A stretch of DNA of 53,982 nucleotides. Source: an uncultured Methanosarcinales archaeon. GTDB taxonomy: Archaea; Nanobdellota; Nanobdellia; Woesearchaeales; CAZYIM01. A program made the translations under genes and the position numbers. The DNA is taken from NCBI GenBank assembly GCA_964647565.1, contig CAZYIM010000004.1, forward strand, positions 44,322-98,303, read 5' to 3'. Positions 45,742 through 53,982 of this stretch are shown one piece after another (the first letter of the stretch is position 1; the number at the start of each line of letters is the position of its first letter). The notes below the pieces were generated by a model that saw only the letters and a list, made by a program, of their open reading frames with translations, made no database searches and had not been told where the DNA came from.

Positions 45742-46818
45742 ATGAAAAAAATTAATTTAATGCTTATCTTTGGAATGATGTTAATTATTGTTTCAAGTTT
45801 TGCATCTGCAGCAAGCTTTGGGGTTTCCCCCTCGATTTTTGAGTTTGAAAATCTTGCAAGAGGGCATGCTTATGAGCAGTATATTAAGATACTGAGCCTT
45901 GAGGAAGTTGATTCTGAAGCCACGCTTGAGACTGTAGGAGATATTCCTTCTTGGGTTACATTTCTTCATGTTGATACCAAAGAACCCATTACAGGGCCTA
46001 TAATGGTCCCTTCCAAAAGTAGTGTCCAAGTAATAGCTTTATTCGACATCCCACCTGATGCGCCTAATGGTGAGTATGAGGGGTATATACAAGTCCGACC
46101 TGTTGTATCTGAAGTGGTCTCTGGAAGCCCAGTCAACTTGGTAGTAAGAGCCAAATACAATGTGGTGGTGATTGGGGATGAACAGATATCTGGAGTAGTT
46201 GAGAGTGCAACAGTGAAAGACACAGAATCAGGACAAACTCTGAGAATAAAATATAGCTTCGAGAACACTGGAAATGTAGCTGTGAGACCTACTGCTGATG
46301 TTGTCATCCTGGAAAAGGGCAAAGAAATTGATAGTTTTAGCTTTGAAGGTCACGAGGTCAACTCTGGATTATCCTCTACGCAGATTGTTGAATGGGATAC
46401 TGAAAACAGGGGCACAGGAGATTTTGAAGCTAAGTTAGAAGTATTTCTTGATGGTCAAAGTCTATTTGTAAAAACACTTCCCTTCGCTCTTTTACCTGGC
46501 GGAACATTTACTGCGGAAGTGTCAATAGGTGATATCTCAAAACCAGATTCTGTATCTGTTTTAGATGTGGCAAAGACTGAAGTGAAGTTGTATAACACTG
46601 GAAAAATAGATATCGTAGCCAAAATAATTGGAGAAGTTAAAAAGGATGGTAAGCTTGTTGATATCATAGAGAGTGACGAAAAGATAATAAACGTTGGAGA
46701 TTCCTCTTTGCTATCATTCTATTTTGAGCCTACAGAACCTGGAGAGTATGTGGTTGACAGCAAGTCCGTATTTTTTATTTTTTTTACTTGCGATCTCTTC
46801 CAAAAAAATATCATATAG
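45742..46818 (+). CDS. Secreted multi-Ig-like (CARDB-like) protein, C-terminus possibly truncated
   Basis: Signal peptide, GVSP, PDAPNGEYEG, ENTGNV, PGEY; last residues read through an A/T run into the convergent gene. Confidence 0.7.
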   Translation: MKKINLMLIFGMMLIIVSSFASAASFGVSPSIFEFENLARGHAYEQYIKILSLEEVDSEATLETVGDIPSWVTFLHVDTKEPITGPIMVPSKSSVQVIALFDIPPDAPNGEYEGYIQVRPVVSEVVSGSPVNLVVRAKYNVVVIGDEQISGVVESATVKDTESGQTLRIKYSFENTGNVAVRPTADVVILEKGKEIDSFSFEGHEVNSGLSSTQIVEWDTENRGTGDFEAKLEVFLDGQSLFVKTLPFALLPGGTFTAEVSIGDISKPDSVSVLDVAKTEVKLYNTGKIDIVAKIIGEVKKDGKLVDIIESDEKIINVGDSSLLSFYFEPTEPGEYVVDSKSVFFIFFTCDLFQKNII

Positions 46819-47331
46819 TTGCTTATTAAAGCTGTCTCCATATATATTTGCATGATAGCATATTTTTGATGAAACAATATTTTTTGCTAGAGAGTTGTCT
46901 TTGAAGTGATAGCCTCCCCAACTGTTGAAGCTCGTGGTGATTTTGTTAAAGATTTGCATTTTGTTTTTTCTTGTTGTTTTTAAGTGTCTGCTGCGAAAAC
47001 TCATTTTACTAGTATTTTTATTATTATCCTGTATTGTTGCATCCTCTAGCTTTGAAAAGTCATAGTTTGAAATAATTTCGGGATTTTTTTTCTTTTTTTT
47101 GATTCGTTTTGCAACATCCTTTGTCCAGTAAGGTCTAAAGGACATACTTCCAACCACATTTTTTGTCTCTGTATTTATTGTCGTGATTGTGTGGGTATGA
47201 TAATCTGTATAAAAATCATACTTATCAACTCTTTGATACCTTTCTGTTTTATTACAAGAATTAATATTTTGGGCAAGGATTAGTATTCCTGCAATTTTTG
47301 CAAATGTTTTTATAATTTTTTTTAATCTCAT
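46714..47331 (-). CDS. Hypothetical basic protein
   Basis: 205-aa ORF divergent from a TrmB gene; 105-bp convergent overlap; no clear motif. Confidence 0.45.
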   Translation of the reverse strand: MRLKKIIKTFAKIAGILILAQNINSCNKTERYQRVDKYDFYTDYHTHTITTINTETKNVVGSMSFRPYWTKDVAKRIKKKKKNPEIISNYDFSKLEDATIQDNNKNTSKMSFRSRHLKTTRKNKMQIFNKITTSFNSWGGYHFKDNSLAKNIVSSKICYHANIYGDSFNKQLYDIFLEEIASKKNKKYGLAVNHILSRFCRLKIE

Positions 47332-47366
47332 GATTCAGTAGATTCAAATAAACTATATTAAATTAA

Positions 47367-47387
47367 GTTGTCATATAAGATGACAAC
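47367..47387. promoter_or_regulatory. Palindromic operator candidate GTTGTCAT-ATAAG-ATGACAAC
   Basis: Perfect 8-bp inverted repeat immediately upstream of TATA TTTAAATA of the TrmB gene. Confidence 0.65.
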
Positions 47388-47418
47388 ATTTAAATAATTA
47401 TGTTGTTTTCATACAAAT

Positions 47419-48120
47419 ATGTTAAAGAGACTACAGAAAATTGGTTTGTCGAAAAAAGAATCGGAAATATATCTTGCTTTAGCTAAAAGACATGAAGCAA
47501 GCGCAAATGACCTGGCAAAAGAAACATCCACCAACAGAACTGTTTGTTATAATACTTTACAGCAGCTTGTTGAAAAAGGCGTTATTGCATACTCAAAAAA
47601 GAATAATAAAAGAATTTTTTCAATTGCATCTCCAGAAAGCCTTCTTACAGATATTAGAGAAAAAGAAGATGTTGCAAGAGAACTCATTAAAGATCTAGCT
47701 AAACTTAACAAAGATAACATTTGTACTAGGTCAGTTGAGGTTTTTGAAGGAAAAAATGGGTTAAGACAGATTTTTAACGAAATTCGCGATTGTAAAGAGC
47801 TTTATGTTATTAATGCAACAGGGTTGATATTTGAGCATTTACAATTCAGCGCAAAACATATAATCAATGATATTATGCGAAGCAAGAAAGTAAGAACAAT
47901 TGCCACTCAATCTATGAAAAAAACAGAACTTTCAAAAATAAACAAAGGGAATATAAAGTACTTGCCAAAGAACGCTGAGAACTACGCAACAACATTTATT
48001 TTTGATGGGAAAGTAATAATACAAACACTGAAAAATAAACCGTTTTTAGTTAAAATTACAGAAGAATCTATATATGACGGATATAAAAAAAATTTTAATA
48101 TTTTATGGAAACTATTATGA
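47419..48120 (+). CDS. TrmB-family transcriptional regulator
   Basis: GLSKKESEIYLAL, YNTLQQLVEKG, FEGKNGL, FNILWK. Confidence 0.9.
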   Translation: MLKRLQKIGLSKKESEIYLALAKRHEASANDLAKETSTNRTVCYNTLQQLVEKGVIAYSKKNNKRIFSIASPESLLTDIREKEDVARELIKDLAKLNKDNICTRSVEVFEGKNGLRQIFNEIRDCKELYVINATGLIFEHLQFSAKHIINDIMRSKKVRTIATQSMKKTELSKINKGNIKYLPKNAENYATTFIFDGKVIIQTLKNKPFLVKITEESIYDGYKKNFNILWKLL

Positions 48121-48417
48121 CATTACAGATTTTAACGGTTTAAAATAATAGTAGGTATATGTGGAATCTCCTGTGTCATTTATTAAACCTAAATAGTTAT
48201 CCCTTTTCATTGCTTCATTGTCAAAACAATCGATGCCACTATCTCTTGTATGTACGCAAAGATCTCCTATGTTTGCCCCTACTGACTCATCCAATTCATC
48301 AAGTTCTTTGACAATATTATAACCCCTGTTTCTAATTCCAACTGAGTTAGGATCGAAGCCAAATGTTTTCAAACTTTCTTTCTTATCCATATTACTCTCT
48401 TCCATTTTTTCCACCAT
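48115..48417 (-). CDS. Hypothetical protein
   Basis: 100-aa ORF co-oriented directly after the ligase gene. Confidence 0.55.
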   Translation of the reverse strand: MVEKMEESNMDKKESLKTFGFDPNSVGIRNRGYNIVKELDELDESVGANIGDLCVHTRDSGIDCFDNEAMKRDNYLGLINDTGDSTYTYYYFKPLKSVMS

Positions 48418-48426
48418 TTATTTCTT

Positions 48427-49698
48427 TTATTGACTAGTCTCACCCAGGAAATATGCATGTATTTGTTGGGTTGTTGTGACATCCTCCCTTCGGGTCTTGT
48501 CTGTTCTTACTCTTTTGAAGCTAGCCTCTCTTAATGAATGTGCTTTTCCATCACCATAACTAAGTCCGCAACTGTGGTAGTTGTTCTTGTATGTGACATT
48601 CAGTGCTTTTGCCTCAACTATGACCAGATCCTTTCCTGGTGGATAGATAACCATGTGGTCGGGTCGTTTTTTAGCTGCTTCCTTGGCTATTTTAGGATTA
48701 AATTCAATTTCGTTCGCTCTTAACAGATTCTCATAATTCTGGTCTGTAGGCATCAAATATTGCTGTATCGAGGGGTAAATTTGGTCTTGATTTGCCTTGC
48801 CAGTCAAAGACAGTTTTCTCATGGTCTCAAACTTTTTTGTTTCAGAGTTATAGGTTGCACATAACAATCCTGAAAACGGCTGCCCTTTTTTCCTGCTGCT
48901 TTCAGTTTCATAGATGCCGATAACTGCTAAATCTATTGTGAAGAATTCTTTTAGTTTTATCCAGTCACTATTCCTGCTTCCAGGTATATAGAGTGATTCT
49001 GGATCCTTAGCAATAAAACCTTCATACTCAAGTTCATCAATTCCCCACAGGTATAATTTGTGCAGACTTTCCTTATCTGTGATGTTCCATTGCTTAACAG
49101 GTGCTAAGTTCTCGTAGCTGTCTACTTTTTGCTCCAGAAGTTGTCTTCTCTTCCAGAAAGGTTGATTCAGCAAACTTTTTCCTTCTACCATGAGGCAATC
49201 AAATATGTCCAGCATCAAAGGCTGTTGTTCAATCATTTCAGGAGTTAAGTTCTTTGTGCTTCCTGTTGGCCTGCTCTCGAAAGCCTCGAATTCATCAAGG
49301 TTGGTGAAGCGTTCTAGGCCTGCAGGTTGTTTTCCCCTTATCTCTGCCTGATAATAGCCTGATGGAATCTTATGGAGAAATCTGGTCACTTCTGGGAAAC
49401 AATCAGGATTCCATTTGTTGCTGTTACTGGAATAGATCTGAATCGGTTCATGTTCTGTGTTATGATCTATGCTGATGCCAACCAGGTTACCATCATTCTT
49501 TTTTTCAATGATAGTATTGCCAATAGCAATTGGCAGCTCAAATGTGTCAGGATCATTCTTTTTTAGCTTGTATTCATCAGGTCTTTTGAGATCAATGGGT
49601 TGATGTTGTTGAATTGAGATTTCTTCAAGGAGTTGGGACTCCTCTTGTCGTCTCTTCTGCTTTTTTTTAAGTTCTCTTTCGATTTTCGTTATTGCCAT
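48427..49698 (-). CDS. Compact ATP-dependent DNA ligase-like protein (adenylation plus OB domains)
   Basis: Motif I EKKNDG, IIIa DIFDCL, IV EGFIAKD, V WIKLK, C-terminal LREASFKRVRTDK. Confidence 0.85.
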   Translation of the reverse strand: MAITKIERELKKKQKRRQEESQLLEEISIQQHQPIDLKRPDEYKLKKNDPDTFELPIAIGNTIIEKKNDGNLVGISIDHNTEHEPIQIYSSNSNKWNPDCFPEVTRFLHKIPSGYYQAEIRGKQPAGLERFTNLDEFEAFESRPTGSTKNLTPEMIEQQPLMLDIFDCLMVEGKSLLNQPFWKRRQLLEQKVDSYENLAPVKQWNITDKESLHKLYLWGIDELEYEGFIAKDPESLYIPGSRNSDWIKLKEFFTIDLAVIGIYETESSRKKGQPFSGLLCATYNSETKKFETMRKLSLTGKANQDQIYPSIQQYLMPTDQNYENLLRANEIEFNPKIAKEAAKKRPDHMVIYPPGKDLVIVEAKALNVTYKNNYHSCGLSYGDGKAHSLREASFKRVRTDKTRREDVTTTQQIHAYFLGETSQ

Positions 49699-49708
49699 CT
49701 TGATCACT

Positions 49709-50692
49709 CTAGTTCATACTTATGTATTGCTTGGGCAAGTCTAATTGTGTTCTTACATGACCGCTGACTACAGGATGATCTTCTAACTTATGTTTGATAT
49801 CATCAAAGCACAGGATGACCTCTCCTGCCAGATATTCTATCTTAGCTCTGCTAGTGTCAGATAGTTTTTCATCCTGACAAAGCTCTGTAAGTCTGTAAGA
49901 AAGATCATAGGCTGAAATGCCTCGGGTATTTTCTGCAATAATCTGTTGGGCAAATTTCTTATTCAAACCCCTTCTTTGGTATATGACGAAATAATCCTGA
50001 AGCTCTTCATAACTGAATCTTTTATCGTTACTTTCTTCAATCTTACCTGTTAACTCTTCAACAATTCCGGGAAGCACTTCAAGTCTTTGATCTAGGCTGA
50101 TGTTGCCTGTATGTACAACTCTTCCCAATCCCTTGTTAAGGGTTTTCTCAAGAAATACTGTCCAGTTGGCACAGGCTTCGTTAAACCATGCAATACCATA
50201 TTTTATTGCATTTTGGCCTGAACCTCCATATATACCGTATGGACCTGTGTTTACAGCCAGATTCATACCATTGAACCTACTTTCAATAGGAAAATTGAAC
50301 TGTAGGCTCTCATTGTTCTTAAAATACCTTATTGTGGGTGCACTACCCATGACGTCTATTGTTGTCTTTAAAATCTGGTTTGGATTGATCTCTTTGAAAT
50401 CATCTGTGACAACTGTCAGAGGCTTTTTCCCTGCAAATCTCATAAATAGGTTTTTTTCTTCATTTGTTTCTTCAATTTTTTCTTCAACTTCTTCATTATG
50501 AAGTCCATAGTCTTGCCGTTTGATGTCTATGCGACATTTCTGCAATAGCTTTCTGTTCAATCCTGGATGCACTGAAAGCATGCTGTATTTGATCTTTTCT
50601 TCACCTACTGAACCAGTCAGTCTTGGTCTTTCTTTTGGCACCTGAAGCATGGTTGCCTTTTTTTTGGGTATCTTTTCAACGATTTCTACCAT
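49709..50692 (-). CDS. Hypothetical protein, DUF932-like
   Basis: LAVNTG...GGSG..AIKYGIAWFNEACANW...VVHTG resembles the DUF932 N-s-x-DG...R.vC.NG...H.G pattern; SD AGGTGA. Confidence 0.5.
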   Translation of the reverse strand: MVEIVEKIPKKKATMLQVPKERPRLTGSVGEEKIKYSMLSVHPGLNRKLLQKCRIDIKRQDYGLHNEEVEEKIEETNEEKNLFMRFAGKKPLTVVTDDFKEINPNQILKTTIDVMGSAPTIRYFKNNESLQFNFPIESRFNGMNLAVNTGPYGIYGGSGQNAIKYGIAWFNEACANWTVFLEKTLNKGLGRVVHTGNISLDQRLEVLPGIVEELTGKIEESNDKRFSYEELQDYFVIYQRRGLNKKFAQQIIAENTRGISAYDLSYRLTELCQDEKLSDTSRAKIEYLAGEVILCFDDIKHKLEDHPVVSGHVRTQLDLPKQYISMN

Positions 50693-50739
50693 TGTTATCA
50701 CCTTTATTTGGTTTTATTTTTGTTTAATTCCAATAGTAA

Positions 50740-50758
50740 TCTTTATATAGTATAAAGA
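50740..50758. promoter_or_regulatory. Palindromic operator candidate TCTTTAT-ATAGT-ATAAAGA
   Basis: Inverted repeat between the divergent DUF932-like and TrmB genes. Confidence 0.5.
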
Positions 50759-50787
50759 AAATACTCCTCCTTTAAAGGAGGAAAATA

Positions 50788-51522
50788 ATGAAAGAAGAGC
50801 TCAAGGAATTCGGGTTGACTGAAAACGAGTCCATAACTTACCTGGCATTAGTGGAATTAGGAGCTTCTACAGCAACCCCAATAAAGAATAAGACAGGCTT
50901 ACACACCTCCCGGGTCTATGAAGCCCTTAATACGCTAATAAAAAAAGGGCTTGTTTCTTATTTCATTAAGAATAATGTCAAGCACTTCCAGGCTCAAGAT
51001 CCTGATGTGATGTTCGATATCCTTGACGCTAAGAGGGAACAGCTATTAAAGGTTATGCCACAAATAAAGCTGTTAAGCGATAAGAAAGAATCGGATTACA
51101 GCGTATCCATATATGAGGGTTATAAGGCATTTAAACAGCTATTTGACCATATATTGTTTAAACTAGATCCTAGTCAAGAAATTCTTGTGGTGGGTGCTCA
51201 ACATGAATCTGCACATTTCATGAACAGGACATTCTTTAAGGAATATAATCAAAGGAGAATTAATAAGAAAGTGAACATGCGGATTATATTCAATCATGAT
51301 GCAATAGATACTGCTAAAACCTATGCGAAACTGCCCCATACTTTTGTAAGGATTATGCTTAAAAACATGGTATCTCCTACTGCTATGAATATCTACCCTG
51401 ACAAAATGAGCATACTGCTTCAAAAAGAAAAACCTTTGATATTCCATATTGCCTGCAAAGAGGTTGCAGAGTCCTACAAACTTTATTTTGAGTTCCTGTG
51501 GAAAGCAGGCAGCAAAGTTTGA
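50788..51522 (+). CDS. TrmB-family transcriptional regulator
   Basis: FGLTENESITYLALVELG, VYEALNTLIKKGLV, YEGYKAF, YFEFLWK. Confidence 0.9.
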   Translation: MKEELKEFGLTENESITYLALVELGASTATPIKNKTGLHTSRVYEALNTLIKKGLVSYFIKNNVKHFQAQDPDVMFDILDAKREQLLKVMPQIKLLSDKKESDYSVSIYEGYKAFKQLFDHILFKLDPSQEILVVGAQHESAHFMNRTFFKEYNQRRINKKVNMRIIFNHDAIDTAKTYAKLPHTFVRIMLKNMVSPTAMNIYPDKMSILLQKEKPLIFHIACKEVAESYKLYFEFLWKAGSKV

Positions 51523-51561
51523 AATTATTATAATGAAATATTATTTAAAATTGGAGGGTCC

Positions 51562-53268
51562 TTGGAAAGCGAGAATAAAAAAGCAGTCATAGCAGGTGTC
51601 ATCTTTTTCCTGCTTATCTTAGTTGCATTTAAGTTGATTTCTATTCTAAATTTTAATTCAATCCTGACTTTTTCAGTCAACCAGAATTTTATCAAAGATT
51701 ACTATTTCTATATATTGCTTGTACATTCCGTGCTTATCCTTGTTTTCCTTGTATGGAATCTTAAAAGCATAATAAAACTGTTCTCTAAGATTAATAAAAA
51801 GACATGGTTACTAGTTCTAGCTATTCTTATTCTTGGATTATTAATAAGAGGATTCAATCAACCCTTTTATGATCCTTCGACAGGTGAAACTCTTGCTGCA
51901 GCCAAGAACTTTGCAGTATATCAAAGGTATGCTGAATGCAATATAGGCAGCTTTGATAACTGTTTGGAAGAACGAGTGCCTAACCACCCCGGCGGTGTTA
52001 GATTTATATTCGCCACACTTTTCATGGTTTTTGGAGCTTCTTTTAGCAATGCATGGATAATGAATGTGATTCTGGGTGCCATGACATCTATACTGGTTTT
52101 TTTTATCTTTTATCTTTTGTTCAAGGACGAGATAGGAGCACTTGCCAGTGCTTTGGTCTTTACTCTTCTAAAGGTCCATTTAGCCTTTTCGACCACAGGC
52201 GGAGATGTGGTGATCAATCTCTTTTTCATAACAATCACATTTCTTTTTATGCTTTTAGCCTTTAAGACAAAATCCCTCAAAAGTTATACTCTCTTATTTT
52301 TAGTCATGTTCTATTGTGTGCACAACAAATTTGATAATCTGGTTTTACTGCCAATATTTGCCTTATCTTTTCTTATTTTCCAGAAAAAAGAATTATTTTC
52401 AAAAAAATCAAAACACTTTAGAGTAAATCATAAAAATTGGCCAATAATTCTATTTTTTTCGGTTGTAGTTCTATTTTCAGTTGCCAGTACTTTGGTCTTT
52501 TTACAGTACCAAGTCCAGAATCCTTATTTTAAATTGACTTCAGGATCTCCTTTTAAATTAAACAATCTTGAAAATAACATGCCCTTGTTTCTCGAGGAGT
52601 TCTTGGAGTTAACTATGCCTTTTATCCTATTATTTTTAAGTGGTTTTATATTCATGTCCCTTAAGAAGCATCTTAATCAGATCTTATTTTTACTAATCTG
52701 GCTTTGGGGATTTGTTCTTTTATATGGTACTTATTACTCTAATTCCATTGACAGATTTGTCCTGGCCATTTATCCTGTCTTTGCGTTGCTCATAGGATTG
52801 GGGTTCCTGAATCTATGGGTATTACTGAAGAAAAAAGGGCATTGGCAGAAGATTTATTTAATAATTATGCTGTTGATGCTGATAGGATACTCTATTTTTA
52901 TTAAATTACCCGAACCTGGTATGTTGAGCGAGGTCCATCTTGCGCTTGATATCATTCCCGCCAACAGTCCTATAGTGATTGGCAACTACAATGACAAACA
53001 GGTGGTATTGTTTGAAACAGCTAGTTATGTGATGGCGCTGGATAGGTTTTTAAGGCTAGATTCCTCTGATTTTAAGAGATTATACAGCGAATCTACGACT
53101 CCTTATTTCGTTGAGACATATTTTTCTTGTACTCAGATTGAGAAGAAAAATCCTTTTAGCTGTGTTGATATGAAAGAAGATTTGATCCTTGAAAAAATGT
53201 CAGGGATTAAACCAGATGGAAAACCATTTCGAACCCTGACAATCTATAAAATATTAGATAAGAAATGA
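51562..53268 (+). CDS. Multi-TM GT-C fold glycosyltransferase (PMT/ArnT-like)
   Basis: More than 10 TMs, loop with NHPGG, DRF motif. Confidence 0.7.
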   Translation: MESENKKAVIAGVIFFLLILVAFKLISILNFNSILTFSVNQNFIKDYYFYILLVHSVLILVFLVWNLKSIIKLFSKINKKTWLLVLAILILGLLIRGFNQPFYDPSTGETLAAAKNFAVYQRYAECNIGSFDNCLEERVPNHPGGVRFIFATLFMVFGASFSNAWIMNVILGAMTSILVFFIFYLLFKDEIGALASALVFTLLKVHLAFSTTGGDVVINLFFITITFLFMLLAFKTKSLKSYTLLFLVMFYCVHNKFDNLVLLPIFALSFLIFQKKELFSKKSKHFRVNHKNWPIILFFSVVVLFSVASTLVFLQYQVQNPYFKLTSGSPFKLNNLENNMPLFLEEFLELTMPFILLFLSGFIFMSLKKHLNQILFLLIWLWGFVLLYGTYYSNSIDRFVLAIYPVFALLIGLGFLNLWVLLKKKGHWQKIYLIIMLLMLIGYSIFIKLPEPGMLSEVHLALDIIPANSPIVIGNYNDKQVVLFETASYVMALDRFLRLDSSDFKRLYSESTTPYFVETYFSCTQIEKKNPFSCVDMKEDLILEKMSGIKPDGKPFRTLTIYKILDKK

Positions 53269-53982
53269 CTAGCTCCACTTTTGTTTCCACTCTTCCAGAT
53301 ATTTTTCAGCCGTCTGCTTCGAGCTTATTATTAATATATTTTCATCGTTTCTCTCATCTGCTGATTTGGTTGGGTTATAGCTACCAGTGATTACAGTCTC
53401 ATTATCAATGATGAATACCTTATGATGGAATGTGTGAGGGTTTTCATCCAAAAGAACATCAACCTTGCCCAATTTCAGCATTTTAAACACATTGTATTTC
53501 ATGTTGATCCTTTTTTTCTCCATGATACCTCTCACAGCCAGCTCCTTGTTCTTCTCTATCAATAAATTAGCAATATCCTTGTCTGTGAATGAGAAAGTCA
53601 TGAAGTATATGCTCTTCTGAGCACTTTTTAGATGCTTCATTACTTTTTCTTTGCACTCATCTTCAGGACAAAAGTAATTTTCAAGGCTGTGATTGTTAAA
53701 TAGTATGTGCGTAATCTCTGTTCTTTTATCTTTGCGTCCTGCTTTGAGCTCATTAAACTCCTCCAGATAGTTATTGGCCAAATAGTTGGACTCGATAATA
53801 ATCAAATTGTTATTATTTTTATATGCCCCATTGAAAGTTGGATTCATAGAGCCGGTTATTATCTTTCTACGATCAAGAATGCAAAACTTATCATGCATGA
53901 GACCTGAGTTCTTTATCGGGATTCCAAATCCTTCGAAATTAGAATAATGCAGTAATACCTCTGCTTTTTTTTGCTTGAGCAC
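53269..53982 (-). CDS. Phospholipase D superfamily protein with two HKD motifs (5' end outside the window)
   Basis: MHDKFCILD...TGSMN and FHHKVFIID...TGSYN. Confidence 0.9.
   Translation of the reverse strand: MLKQKKAEVLLHYSNFEGFGIPIKNSGLMHDKFCILDRRKIITGSMNPTFNGAYKNNNNLIIIESNYLANNYLEEFNELKAGRKDKRTEITHILFNNHSLENYFCPEDECKEKVMKHLKSAQKSIYFMTFSFTDKDIANLLIEKNKELAVRGIMEKKRINMKYNVFKMLKLGKVDVLLDENPHTFHHKVFIIDNETVITGSYNPTKSADERNDENILIISSKQTAEKYLEEWKQKWS

Noticed and set aside
46770..51522. Provirus or integrated plasmid
   Set aside because: No integrase, replication, packaging or capsid gene and no flanking att repeats seen
1..53982. CRISPR array, IS transposase, rRNA or recoded stop codons
   Set aside because: No regularly spaced repeats, transposase motifs, rRNA sequence or interrupted conserved ORFs were seen; hydrogenase ligands are all Cys

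Overview
AT-rich archaeal chromosome segment, most consistent with a DPANN (Woesearchaeota/Nanobdellota-like) genome. This assignment is an inference from the archaeal S13-S4-S11-RpoD-L18e-L13-S9-RpoN cluster, TATA/leaderless promoters, expanded TrmB regulators and a hybrid bacterial-type LeuRS. The window holds three TrmB-led accessory units, an ABC exporter, SufS and DsbA-like genes, a group 3b-type [NiFe]-hydrogenase cluster with partial maturation genes, ksgA, an intron-containing tRNA-Leu(GAG), leuS, the SRP RNA gene, a 13-kb surface-protein locus with a ~3,160-aa protein, and a DUF932-like plus DNA ligase pair. Five signals stand out. (1) A 50-nt bulge-helix-bulge (BHB) intron interrupts helix 8 of the SRP RNA, and removing it exactly restores the SRP54-binding motif. 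(2) A leaderless Leu-rich leader peptide upstream of leuS has Leu codons that pair with the leuS Shine-Dalgarno region, suggesting translational attenuation in an archaeon. (3) A vWA domain is split between two genes about 10 kb apart. (4) PKD repeats each carry a different cassette in the same loop. (5) Two or three dispersed ~100-nt structured elements look like an unrecognised small-RNA family. All calls come from reading the sequence by eye; no searches were run.
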